From Octopus vulgaris (Eukaryota): DNA of 64,000 nt. The notes beneath the pieces were generated by a model that was not told the origin of the DNA, searched no databases, and saw only the letters and a list, made by a program, of their open reading frames with translations. Where the stretch lies: positions 15,748,001 through 15,812,000 of the forward strand of contig OX597815.1 of the NCBI GenBank assembly GCA_951406725.2, given 5' to 3'. How positions within the stretch are numbered: the stretch's first letter is position 1; each line of letters opens with the position of its first letter. The position numbers were made by a program, and so were the translations under genes. This document shows, piece by piece, positions 39,431 to 52,242 of this stretch.

Positions 39431-40250
39431 ACGCGATATTTCAATGCAAACGAAACTGGGGTCGGGTATAAAAATGAATATATATTTAAGCTACATGGTC
39501 CGATCGGGATTTTTGAGATGAGATGTTTATTTCGAATGGGTTCGATCGATTTAGATCGGGTTATCGGTAGGGTGTTCGAGCAGTGGAGAGAAGAGCCAGC
39601 AATGTCACGTGATTGCTTACATAGTAATAAGAATTGTTGCTCTCTCTCCCCCTCCTCCTCCCCCTCTGTTGCATGCAATCCGACGCGTACCATGTTATTT
39701 GGGTCGCGCTGCCACTGCTACGGCTCGGCCGACTGACATCCCCCGTACACCTAACTAAACATGGTGAAATTAAGGTTTTGGGGAAAGGACCTGCTTTTGA
39801 TATCTAATACCTGTTTAGCAAATGCATAGCTGGGGTACTACTAGCGAACAGTGGTCCCGGTGAGCGCGCATCCGCGCTAGCTAGTCGTAAGTAGTCGATC
39901 CTACAACGACTACCTAGCGAAGTAAATAAAACACTAAATGAATAATTTTTTTTACATAAAGTAAATAATTTTTGTTAAACAAAGTAATTAAAACACAAAA
40001 ACACGAAGTAAATAATTTTTTAAACAAAGTAAATAACAAAAACACAAAGTAAGGATCGACTAGTCATGACTAGCTAGCGCGGGTACGTGAGTAAGCGAGC
40101 GCGCGCACCGGGACCACTGTTCTCAATTAGTACCCAAAGCTGGTTGTGAATGTTGCGCATGCGGTGGAATAAGATTTACAGATACCTACAAATAAACGTC
40201 ACAACGCGGGTTCGATTCGCAGTTGGATCGAACTTATTTCTCTGTTATTT
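39430..40250. promoter_or_regulatory. CpG-rich promoter-like region
   Basis: Visibly the densest non-microsatellite CpG stretch in the window; E-box GTCACGTGA at 39604 and NRF1-like TGCGCATGCG at 40154-40163; lies directly upstream of candidate exon 1. Confidence 0.55.
39828..40141. mobile_element. MITE-like fold-back element within the promoter region
   Basis: Left arm agctggggtacta..gaacagtggtcccggtg..cgcgctagctagtc..tagtcgatcct is the reverse complement of the right arm (40052-40141); A-rich internal repeats; no clear TSD. Confidence 0.75.
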
Positions 40251-40635
40251 GGAATAAATATGAACATCAAACTATCTCGTTTCTTCTCTTCTAAACAAAA
40301 ATATACCTGAATAAGAAAGAATTACGACTGGGAGGAGGGGTGCTCGAATTTATCAATTTGATTTTATTTTTCTTTTAGAGTTGGCCAAAGGTTTGCTGGG
40401 GTACTTGTTTTATACCTAACCTCGTTTCTTCGCTCAACCTGGAAATCAAATGCTATTAAGAGTACAAAAGAATAAGTATTTTCTTTCCTCCTACCTTCGA
40501 CGCCTTCTTCCCCCACCCCAAAAAAAGCAATATCAATGTATAAACTTGAAAGCAGCTGCATTTTTATATCGAGTTCATACAAAGATCGATTACTTATTGA
40601 CCATAACGAACTCGGTTCTGTGTCAAATGTATGTA

Positions 40636-41358
40636 CAGGGGTTGGACAAAATAATGGAAACACCTAGCATCATAATTTTGAAATATCTATAAAACCGTCA
40701 AAAGCTTGTTTATTTTTGTTTTTCTTTATTTATTATTAGTGTTGCTTAATATGTTTTGCTAAAATTGCTGTTTCTTTGCAGATATCATCAGAAAAGGGTG
40801 ATTAAAATTCGTTAAAATGACAGATCTATTGGACTTTCAAAGAGGTCAAATTGTCGGTGCTCGTATGGCAGGCGCTAGCGTTACGAAAACAGCCAAAATG
40901 TTTGGTGTATCAAGAAGTACTGTCTCGAAAGTTATGACAACCTTTGAGAAAGAGGGAAAAACCTCCTCTTCGAAACAAAACTCTGGAAGAAAACCAAAAC
41001 ATTAAAGATATTTAAAGTTACCACCTTGTTCCATGTATTTCTTTATACCAGATTTCCTTCAAATGAGATTTCAGCCTTCTGAGTAGAGTCACATTAGAAG
41101 GACAACAACCTATCTTTCTATAGTGCATTTTAGAAAAATAAGTAAGGAGTTGATATCCTCCACCATTATCACTACAAGAACTGGAGACTGTTTTAGCTGC
41201 AGAATGGACAAAAACTCATTTGGAAACAATTCAAACTTTGTACGAGTTCATACTTCATAGAATTCAAGCTGTAATTACTACCAAAGGTTATCCTACCCCT
41301 TATTAAAATAAATTTGTTTGAAATTTTAAGGTGTTTCCATTATTTTGTCCAACCCCTG
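40636..41358 (+). mobile_element. Internally deleted Tc1-like transposon
   Basis: Perfect 30-bp TIRs CAGGGGTTGGACAAAATAATGGAAACACCT, TA duplication; ORF 40817-41005 encodes the N-terminal HTH (MTDLLDFQRGQIVGARMAG...SGRKPK). Confidence 0.95.
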
Positions 41359-41371
41359 TATATCTATTCAT

Positions 41372-42690
41372 AAGTGGACTGGTTATACCCACTGGCATAA
41401 GTCACAGGCTATGGTCTCACTTGGCTTGTTGGGTCTTCTCAAGCACAACATATCTCCAGAGGTCTCGGTCACTAGTCATTGCCTCGGTGAAGCCCAATGC
41501 TCAAAGGTCATGCTTCACCACCTCATCTCAGGTTTTCCTGGGTCTACCTCTTCCACAGGTTCCCTCAACTGATAGGGTGTGACAATTTTTCACGCAGCTG
41601 TCCTCATTCATTCACAACACATGACCATATCAGTGCAGTCGTCTCTCTTGTATAAAGTACTATATCTGATGCTTCTTAAATCCAACTTTTCTCTCAGGGC
41701 GCTTACACTCAGTAGTGCACACACACTAACATTACACATCCATCGGAGAATACTGGCTTCATTCCTTGCAAGCTTATGCATCTCCTCAGCAGTCATGGCC
41801 CATGTTTCACTGCCATGTAGCATGGCTGTTCATACACATGCATCATACAGTCAACCTTTTACTCTGAGTGAGAGGCCCTTTGTCACCAGCAGAGGTAGGA
41901 GCTCACTGAACTTTTCCCCGGCTATTCTTATTCTAGCAGCTACACTCTCAGAGCATCCACCCCTACCACTGACTTGGTCCCCTAGGTAACGGAAGCTATC
42001 AACTACTTCTAGTTTTTCCCCCTGGCATGTGACGGAAGCTGTTTTCTGCACATTTTCAGTGTTTATTGCCCCTGAGCATTTGCTACACACAAAAACCATC
42101 TTCCCAGTCAGCCTTCCTTTCATATTGCTGCACCTCTTATGTGTTATAGCTTACACCAGGTACATCTTATGGAGTTTCTACCTATGCCTTTTCTACAGAT
42201 CATGCAGGGCCATCTACCTGAAGAGATTTGTGGTTTGTCTGCCCTCTTACTTATTAAGACTTTGGTTTTAGCTAGGTTGACTCTAAGGCCCTTCGATTCT
42301 AATCCTTGCTTCTACACCTGAAGCTTTTCCTTTAGTTCTGGTAGTGGCTCAGCAATTAGAGCAAGGTCATCAGCATAGAGGAGCTCCCAGGGGCATCTTG
42401 TCTTGAATTCCTCTGTTATTGCCTGGAGGACTATGATGAATAAGAGGGGCTGAGGACTGATCCTTGGTGGACACATAATCCTACCTGGAATTCGTCACTG
42501 TACTCATTGCCAGCCCTCACCTTACTGACAGCATCCCTGTACATGGCTTGCACAGCTCTCACTAACCATTCATCTATCCCTAGTTTCATCATTGGCCACC
42601 AGATAAGGGATCGGGGGACCCTGTCAAAGGCTTTTTCCATGTCAACGAAAGTCAATTACAGAGATTTATCTTTGGCTAGGTATTTCTCCT
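41372..42690 (-). mobile_element. 5'-truncated RTE-clade LINE, disrupted
   Basis: FVDMEKAFDRVPR, VHQGSVLSP, VDSFRYLGD, MLHGSETW motifs across frameshifted ORFs. Confidence 0.93.
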
Positions 42691-43719
42691 AGCCAAATAG
42701 TTGAAGGCTGACCTGCTCATAAATTAATCACACATTTTGGACAAAAGGAAACACAAGTGTCACCATCAGAGACATTGGTGACAACATCAATCCTTGGCTT
42801 GTGGTCACTTCCATACCACAATATGAGCGGATAGTCAGTACTAATGTAACTTTTGGTGATCTGTGGTCAAGTGAGGTTGCAATAAATATTACAAATCCTC
42901 ATAACTCCACAAGACCACAAAATAATACCAAACTCATATCCTGTACAGGGTGCTGAATGGGGAATCTTAAAAAACAGCATGAATGGTAGAAAGCCCAGGT
43001 GCCAGACGTGACTGTAAAAGAGTTTTCTGTATAGAAAGCCTAAAAGAACAAAATCAATGACAAAAACAAATCTTGTTTGTTGTCCCATCATCACTGTCAG
43101 GCACTAAGAAACCCAGTGAACTCCCTCTCCTTACCACAACCAGCAGTCACAATGTGAGTCAACTACAACAGTAGCAACAGCAGTGAGCACTAACTGCCCA
43201 AGAAATATCCCCCACACAGCAGTACCGCATCATACACTTTTGGAGATGGGGACCAGACAGGAGCTGAAGGGGATTAATAGGCTTCTTTTTTTTTTTTTTT
43301 AAGTTAAAAAAATTTAAAAGACCCAAAGAAAATAATAAAAAATAGCAAGAGCGAAGAGGAGACGTTCTCAGCTCCTATAAAAACTCATCACTAATAAAGG
43401 GGAGTTCAGCTCCTATAAAGAGGACCCACAACACCACTTCCTTCCTCAATGAAATGGACTTCACAGCCCTTTGTAAGGTTAAAATGTATCTAATAAAAGA
43501 CTTATATGAAATACATCGGAACTTTCTAGACTTTGCACATCAGGAAAGAGCTGTGATCACACTCCAAGTAGCATAAAAAGGCCAGAATATAAGCATACAT
43601 CTCCAACAGATGCTATGAGTGAGATGCTCTATGTCAACATTCCACAGGATATGGGCCCTATTCACCTACTACAGGGATCAGGGAGCTTTTTTAATCAATT
43701 ATCCCAAAATATATACTGA

Positions 43720-44033
43720 CACTTGTGCTGGTGGCATGTGAAATATTCAAGCGAGGTCATTGCCTGTGCCGCTGGAATGGCTCCTGTGCAGGTGGCACGT
43801 AAAAAGCACCATTTGGGCATGGCCATTGCCAGTACCACCAAACTGGCCCTCATGCCAGTGGCACGTAAAAAGCACCCACTACACTCTCGGAGTGGTTGGC
43901 GTTAGGAAGGGCATCCAACTGTAGAAACTCTGCCAGATCAGATTGGAGTCTGGTTTGCCAGACCTCAGTCAAATCGTCCAAACCATGCTAGCATGGAAAG
44001 CGGATGTTAAATGATGATGATGATGATGATGAT
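43720..44033 (+). mobile_element. SINE-like family A
   Basis: Three internal units, core and (GAT)n tail. Confidence 0.88.
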
Positions 44034-44211
44034 ATTTATTTATGCCGACGTTACCCACTTGATTTCAAAGGAAGAAAATCATAGATTCTTAAAATTCAAA
44101 AGGTTTATTGAATTTCTTTTATCAAATCTTTCTATATGAATCTATTTACACATCCATTACATTGGACAGATACGTTGTTGCCAGAAGAAAAATTTCTGTT
44201 GTAACAAAGAA

Positions 44212-44407
44212 TCCTGATGTGCAAAGTCTAGAAAGTTCTGATGTATTTCATATAGGTCTTTTATTAGATACATTTTAACCTTACAAAGGGCTGTGAAGTC
44301 CATTTCATTAAGGAAGGAGGTGATGTTGGGGGTCCTCTTTATAGGAGCTGAACTCCCCTTCATTAGTGATGAGTTTTTCCTCAGCAGAGAATGTCTCCTC
44401 TTCACTT
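44212..44407 (-). repeat. Inverted copy of 43350-43545 flanked by a 25-bp direct repeat
   Basis: Reverse-complement match over about 195 bp; GAAAAATTTCTGTTGTAACAAAGAA at 44187-44211 and 44408-44432. Confidence 0.9.
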
Positions 44408-45362
44408 GAAAAATTTCTGTTGTAACAAAGAACACATTTTTTATATAATTTTACTTATGTCTAATGAGTCCTCATTACTCCCAAGAATTTCATTTTTACC
44501 CCACTTAGAGTAATTTACCCTGGTTCACTGACCCCTAACCTACTATAACTCACAGAGGATTCTAGAATATCCACTTATGAATGATACAGAGTGAAAATAA
44601 AGTTGCTTAATCAGGAACGTGGGGTGTCCTGATTATCACAGGTGGCAGTTTCCCAACAATGTGTAGATGGTTGCTTTTTCGTTAAAACTAGATCTTGTTC
44701 CAATTAATTTATCTCTATATTCTTTTGCACTTTTATCTATTTCATATAATTATTTTTTTGTTTTGTTTTGCTGCTGTTTTTGCTTTTGTTTTGGTTTTTT
44801 TTTTTTACTTAATGACATATTGGTAAAAATAACACAAAGCAAACTGAGATATTCTTATCCTGAAGGACATTACAAAAACAAATAGCACCACAGAATGAGC
44901 AAACAGAAGAAAATAAATTTATTGAACAGAAGGGAAAATATTTTGATCAGTCTATGATTTTGAAGCTGGTGAATGTAGTAGTATAAAGAAGTACCAATCA
45001 CTCATAGTAGAAACAATCTGGGGAAGAGGAAGACATGTGATAAGGCGTTGAAGGTTGATCTCAAGATGCTGAGACTTACAGAAGAGATGACAAAGGACCA
45101 AGATGATAGATAATATGTAACACTCAAGAAAACTTACCCAACCATATAACTGAGGCTCTCAACCATACAACTGAGGATCTCAAAGAATAATGTATATGCA
45201 TACTATGCATATAACTGAGACCCCTTCTCCTCACTCAAACAACTGTGGTTCTCCCCCTGTTGACATCCCTTCTTCATTGTTAGTTTCCATTCCTCACTCT
45301 TCCTTCATTCACAAATCCATCCCATTCACTCCACTTTCTCAGACAGACACACATATCAACAT

Positions 45363-45669
45363 TGATTTTTTTATTACCCACAAGGGGCCAACAAAGAGGG
45401 GACAATACAATCTGAATTTGGGGTCAGATGAGCGAATGATTATACAAAAAAATGACATTAAAAATTTTACAAAAATAAGAAAATATAAGAAAATCGAATG
45501 GTAGGACTGACTGGAAGACATTACGGATGGAGTGGGGTGTGGGTGGGTTTAATTTGGACCCCACGAGCCCCGCCTCGCCACTGATACCTGAGTTACATCC
45601 TGTGTCGCATTCATGAGGTTCCATCCTCACGCAACATCTGTGCTACATTCTTCCATCGGTCTTCAAACA
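45363..45669 (-). mobile_element. 3' end of a LINE (L1/Tx1-like?) with 18-bp TSD
   Basis: TSD AGACACACATATCAACAT (45345-45362, 45670-45687); ORF end FEDRWKNVAQMLREDGTS*; tail ttgtcccctctttgttggccccttgtgggtaataaa. Confidence 0.65.
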
Positions 45670-46184
45670 AGACACACATATCAACATCATCATCCCTCAT
45701 TTTAATTTCCACTTTTTCATTCTTGCATCAGTCAAATTAAATTTACCAAAGCAGATTCCCTACAACCAGATGCCCATCACATCACCAACCCTCACCTGTT
45801 TTCCAAGCAAGGTAATATTTTCCCAATGGCCGGACATGTTTACGTGAAAAATTGGAAGTGAATGACGCAGCTGGTATGATGGGAATGTTGGTGTGTAACA
45901 TTATCACACAATGTCAAGACAAGGTGACACACACACCCACACACACACACACTTGTACACACACAAGCACACATACCCACACACACACACATAACAGGCT
46001 TCTTTCAATTTTTGTCTACCAAATTCACTCACTCACAGGGCTTTAAATGATCTGGGGTCATTGTAGGTGACATGCAGTGAGACTGAACCCTACTATATTT
46101 ATATATATATATATATATACATACATACATACATACATACATATATCCCTTTGCAGGCACATTAAGTCTTTTAAAGGCACTGAA

Positions 46185-46510
46185 ACCAGTAAAAGAATAG
46201 ACAGACAGACGGACGGGCGGGCAGACGGACGGACGGACGGACGGACGGACGGACGGACGGACGGACGGACGGACGGACGGACGGACGGACGGACGGACGG
46301 ACGGACGGGCGGGCGGGCGGACGGACGGACGGACGGGCGGGCGGGCGGGCAAGCGGACGGACGGACAGACAGAAGGACGGCCGGAACCAGTAAAAGAATA
46401 GACAGACAGACAGACGGACGGGCGGACAGACGGACGGACGGGCGGGCGGGCGGACGGACAGAAGGACGAACGGCTGGACGGCCGGACGGAAAGACGGACG
46501 GATGGATGAA
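46185..46510. repeat. (GACG)/(GGCG)/(GACA) microsatellite with internal duplication
   Basis: Seen directly; unique anchor aaccagtaaaagaatagacag occurs at about 46185 and 46386. Confidence 0.95.
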
Positions 46511-47450
46511 TGAACACACACACACACACACACACTCACACACAGAGGAAAGAGAGAGAGGGAGAGGGAGAGGGAGAGAGAAACTAACTTCCAAATGCCT
46601 TTTTTCTAAAGGACAACTGACAAAAAATTTTAAAAAAATAAAAAACAATCCTCACACTGATGTCTGAGTTAGCTTTCTGAAACGTAACACCCAACTCTCA
46701 CTCAGTTCAGCTCTAAATATCACAAAACTATGAACATGAGCCAATATAGACTGCTTGTTGCCACACCCCTGCTGAACTCTTTTTTTAATTTTCCTTTTAG
46801 TGGTATTCACATTCCATTATCACAGTCAACATAAATGTCACTGGTGACCAATAGAAACCACCTATTCTTTTGCAAATGAAAGTCAACTCTTACTACTATC
46901 ACACCAATATACTTACTATATAATAAGCATTCATTATAGAACTCAAACAGCCAAGTACTGGCAACTGGTTCTCATTAATAGAAGTACTGAAGGAAATAAG
47001 TTGTGCACTGCTTCCTCCTACATATTAGTCAGAAATGTAGATTGGGCTGCGAGTTAAGTTAATTCTATGTTCCTGACAAACACAACATCAACAATTTGTA
47101 TGATATTGCATTAATCAACCTCATAGTTTGTTGTTGTTGTTGTTGTTGCTGATGTTTGGGTGTTTATGTACAGAGATAAATTGTTTCTGTAATTTCATTT
47201 CATTTTCTTTCTAAATGGTAGCTTTCCTAAAAGTTTCCCATTTAATTTAACCTTTTCAAATGTCAGCCCATATCTAATTAGGGTGTGAATTTAAAGGAGA
47301 ATCTTGGCATGAAACTACATTTCAGAGATAACAGTTTTTGTTATAATCTTTGCCGATAAATTAGTCATCAAGAAGTGATATACTGCATAGTAGTTTATCA
47401 TATAAACTTTGATTTTTTAGTATGAACTATGATGTCATGTAAAAATTATT

Positions 47451-47863
47451 TTATTTTTAACTACCCACAAGGGGCTAAACACAGAGGGGACAAACATCAA
47501 CAGACAAACGGATTAAGTCGATTATATCGACTCCGGTGCATAACTGATACTTAATTTATCGACCCCGAAAGGATGAAAGGCAAAGTCGACCTCGGCGGAA
47601 TTTGAGCCCAGAATGTAACGGCAGACGAAATACCTATTTCTTTACTACACCACAAGGGGGGAAACACAGAAAGGACAAACAAGGACAGACAAATGGATTA
47701 AGTCGATTATATCGACTCCAGTGCATAACTGGTACTTAATTTATCGACCCCGAAAGGATGAAAGGCAAAGTCGACCTCAGCGGAATTTGAACTCAGAACG
47801 TAACAGCAGATGAAATGTCGCTAAGCATTTCGCCCGGTGTGCTAACGTTTCTGTCAGCTCGCC
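47451..47863 (-). mobile_element. tRNA-headed SINE (family C), dimeric body
   Basis: Head ggcgagctg(g)cagaa, B box gagttcaaattcc, two ~180-bp units; TSD gtcatgtaaaa(a/g)ttatt. Confidence 0.9.
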
Positions 47864-49118
47864 GTCATGTAAAAGTTATTACCAACACATAGGACAGGCT
47901 TCTGTACAGTTTCCAAATACGAAATTCCACTCTCTATCAATTCAACTTTTAATCTTAGCTACTTGAACTTTATGAGTAATATACATAATGGTGTAGTTAA
48001 CTGCGGGAGAACTCATGAAATAGGTCTTTGACCTGCTCAGATGTCACACTAAGCATAGATGGTAGTTTCTGTTGCCAATGTGACCTAATTAGCAAAACAA
48101 CAAGATTAGACTGGAATTTATAAAAATTGTGGTAGGATCCTTTTGATACCAATGACAGAAGCTTCTATGTTGTTACTTAACTTGCTAGAAACAGCTGTCA
48201 GATATCCTTCAAATGACAACCTACCATCCTTAGAAAGATTCATTGAATAAAGCATTGCAAGATACACAGAAAGCTGGATGGTCATGGATAGAGCATTTTT
48301 GATCATATATTTGTTGATCAGGAACTGTACAACAATAACAACAACAACAACAATGAAATATTATTGCTCCTTTTTTAAGAAGAATATTGATCACGAAATC
48401 TCTTCAATGACCAAGAAATGACCACATATTCTTTTTTTCTTTAGTTTTTAATTCATCTGTTCTTTAATAGACCAAGCTCCAAATGCTCGTTTTTACCATT
48501 GTCTACCAATGTTATAAGGTCACAGATTTGTAGGTTGGGGTTTATAACTAACTGAAATATATCTAAGAAATAAATTACTGATTTGCTGAAATGAGTCGTG
48601 ATGATAAAAGGTTGGAAACCAGTTATCTTTTATGCCACAGAAAATAGCCAGTACTTAAATCTATTAACACTAAACAGTAGCCAACATAAAAAGACTTAAT
48701 TTTTAAGTACACTGAGATTATCATCCATCTGACATTAAAAAGAATTAGTGAAGTGATCACTAGTCACTAATCATAAATTTTTTTTAATCTCTCATTAAGT
48801 CTCACATTGACGTATTTGTCCCAAGGGATAACATAGTTTGACTTTAAATCCTTTTGGAAATAATAAGGTAAATAAGAATAACTAAAGTACTGAAACAGTG
48901 TGTGTATGCAGTTAAATTATAAGTAAGTTCACATGAGTATGTTTAGCAATGTGCACACAGCCAAGCAGTGTAGACATAGCCCTGTGTTTAGTCAACAGGC
49001 CTCTGCTTGCAAGGTGAACCCAAGAACAACACAATTCATTTCAATTGGTTATAGATGTCTTGTCATCAAGTGTGTCTACTTCTATTCTCCTTAAAGACAG
49101 ACGAAGCAGCTTAGAAAC

Positions 49119-49280
49119 ATCATCATCATCATCATCATTGTTTAACGTCCGCTTTCCATGCTAGCATGAGTTGGATGGTTCGACTGGGGTCTGGGAAGCC
49201 ATGGAAGCTGCACCAGGCTCCAGTCTGATCTGGCAGTGTTTCTACAGCTGGATGCCCTTCCTAACACCAACCACTCCGTT
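49119..49280 (-). mobile_element. SINE-like family A, short copy
   Basis: (CAT)n tail and family A core. Confidence 0.85.
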
Positions 49281-49974
49281 GATTTTGCTCATTTGCATAT
49301 CAGTACATTCATAAATTATTTACACATACTATCAAGTATTTTTGAGTTGCCAAACGGGGTCCAATTTCTTGAATGCCCTCCACCTGGAATAATATTGGCC
49401 TGTTGCATATCTCTCTTAATTGATCTATCCATTGTTATCTTGCTTGCATTGTTGTTATCCATTTGGGCTGGTTCTTAAGGTTGTCTTTGCCACCAGTTGC
49501 TCATCCCTGTGCCTCAGATATCCCTATCATCAGAGGCACCTCTCATTCATCTTTTCATGGTGGGTGCCACTCTTATGACCATACACATATTTAGAAAGAG
49601 CAGAGGCTACTGCAGAAGCAGTAGAAATGCACAGGGAGTAGACTGCATGTCCATGGACCAAAAGTGGTTGTGTGTTTTTTGTGAGTAACTTTATGCCAAT
49701 CAGTTAAATGGCCTTTCTCTAGTTGCAATCTGGAATGTCTGTTTGCATGACAGTAGCACTATCCCAGATTAAAGAGAACTACATCATCATCATCATCATC
49801 ATTGGGAATTTCACTTGAGCTTAGTACTGAGTTAGTGACTATTCTGAGCTGAAGTATTTTCTGGCTCTGAAGAGAAGGGTCAGTTTCTGAGATACAGTCT
49901 TTACTTCACTGAGGATGTGCATTCACGATAAAACATCTTCACTGATAGTCAGGATTGTTGTGCTGCAGTTGTCA

Positions 49975-50344
49975 TCTCTATACATATAAACGGCAAAATG
50001 TTTCTGTGTGTGTGTGTATCCTTTATACAAATCCACAATTTTTCAGTTAGAGGGCTTGCACTTTCTATGGTCATTCAAAACCATCCAAGGGTGGTCGTAC
50101 ACATCTTTACATTTCCCCAGTCACCCTGCAAAGCCATTAAAAAATCAATAGAAGTGACTTTTTTGTGAATTTTCTATCCCAAACCCAATCAAAATGCCCA
50201 AAACTTGATACGCCAATTGAATGCCAGCTAGCTGTATGTGATTGGTTGGAGATTTGGACAGTACTCGCGTGTAAGTGCGCACGCACGCAGCTGTATATGC
50301 ATGGACTAGCAGTATGACCTGGCATTGCTGGGTCATTGTGCTAG
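49975..50344 (+). mobile_element. Non-autonomous Helitron
   Basis: Inserted between A and T; begins TC, ends CTAG; subterminal hairpin ATGACCTGGCA-T-TGCTGGGTCAT just before the 3' end; no TSD. Confidence 0.8.
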
Positions 50345-50456
50345 TCATTATTATTATTGCAGCTGTTGCTGTTGTTGTTATTGCAGCTGTTGCTATTGTT
50401 GTTGTTATTGTTAACCTGTAGACATGTGGTTTTATATGATTAGTAATAAGTAATTT

Positions 50457-50829
50457 GCTGTGCCGGTAGCACATAAAAAGCACCATCCAAATGTGGCCGA
50501 TGCCAGCGCCACCCCGACTGGCTTCTGTGCCGGTGGCACATAAAATGCACCATCCGAACGTGGCTGTTACCAGCCCCGCCTTGGCTGGCTCCCGTGCCGG
50601 TGGCACGTTAAAAGCTCCAACCGATCGTGGCCGATGCTGGACCCCCCTGGCACCTGTGCAGGTGGCACGTAAAAAGCACCCACTACACTCGCAGGGTGGT
50701 TGGCGTTAGGAAGGGCATCCAGCTGTAGAAACTCTGCCAGATCAGACTGGAGCCTGGTGCAGCCTCCTGGCTTCCCAGACCCCGGTCGAACCGTCCAACC
50801 CGTGCTAGCGCGGAAAACGGATGTTAAAC

Positions 50830-50862
<33 letters not shown>
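50457..50862 (+). mobile_element. SINE-like family A
   Basis: Four internal units, core and long (GAT)n tail. Confidence 0.9.
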
Positions 50863-50863
<1 letters not shown>

Positions 50864-51074
50864 TATTAGTAGGTTAGGTACACAAGCATTAACATGTACT
50901 GACACGAGTCATTGATCCTCCACCCAAAACTGCAACTGACATAAATTATCATGATCAGGGGCCATGATACACAAGAGTATTCTCAATGAGAACATGTGGG
51001 ACACAAATACATCTTTCTGAGTGATACTGGCTTTGAATGCTGCACAGCAAGTCAGTTAAATACTCATTGATATA

Positions 51075-51490
51075 CTCTTTACTCTCTTTTACTTGTTTCA
51101 GTCATTTGACTGTGGCCATGCTGGAGCACCGCCTTTAGTCAAGCAAATCGACCCCGGGACTTATTCTTTGTAAGCCCAGTACTTACTCTATCGGTCTCTT
51201 TTGCCGAACCGCTAAGTGACAGGGACGCAAACACACCAGCATCGGTTGTCAAGCAATGCTAGGGGGACAAACACAGACACACAAACACACACATACACAT
51301 ACATCTCTATATATATATATATACATATATACGACAGGCTTCTTTCAGTTTCTGTCTACCAAATCCACTCACAAGGCATTGGTCGGCCTGGGGCTATAGC
51401 AGAAGACACTTGCCCAAGATGCCACGCAGTGGGACTGAACTCGGAACCATGTGGTTGTTAGCAAGCTACTTACCACACAGCCACTCCTGC
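51075..51490 (-). mobile_element. tRNA-headed SINE (family B), full length
   Basis: Same structure as 23504-23909. Confidence 0.9.
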
Positions 51491-51789
51491 GACTGTTGAG
51501 TTCTATTTATGTTGACTTCTATTTATAAAAGTGAACTATAGTTGGACTAGGCTATTAACACTTCAGTTTCTTGATAGTAGACACAGTACAGTTAACTATA
51601 CCACATCAGTGTACCTATCTAAAACTGGGTGAACTGGACTATTTAAATGCCTTCGTTACTGACACAGCACAGTGAGCTATATACTATACTAGAGTACACA
51701 TTTACAGCTGGGTGGACAGAGAAATGTCTTGATCATAAACATAGTACAATGAACTATATCACCTTGTGGTACCTACTTATTACTAGGTT

Positions 51790-52010
51790 GATTCGAGCGA
51801 GGTCGTTGCCAGTACCGCCTGATTGGCGCCTGTGCCGGTGGCACGTAAAAAGCACCCACTACACTCTCGGAGTGATTGGTGTTAGGAAGGGCATCCAGCT
51901 GTAGAAACTCTGCCAGATCAAGATTGGAGCCTGGTGCAGCCATCCGGTTCACCAGCCCTCAGTCAAAATCTTCCAACCCATGCTAGCATGGAAAGCGGAC
52001 ATTAAACGAT
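51790..52010 (+). mobile_element. SINE-like family A
   Basis: Family A core and tail. Confidence 0.85.
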
Positions 52011-52242
52011 GAAGGAATGACGATTGTACTGGTGACAATTGTCAATAGTACTAAGACAATCCAGTGATCTATAATACATTGTGGTACTTAAAAACAGTTA
52101 GATGGACTGTACTGTTGACAATCAAGTGGCTTGCTTATCAATGCAGTCCATTGATCTAAAACACACACTATGGTACCTAAAAACAGAAAGGTAGATTGGG
52201 TAACGTGTTTTATCTATAAACAAAACATAGATTCAACTACAC

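Noticed and set aside
42780-44580. Possible ancient LINE ORF1/endonuclease remnant
   Set aside because: Only a faint LDRY-like motif; too decayed to call without a profile search.
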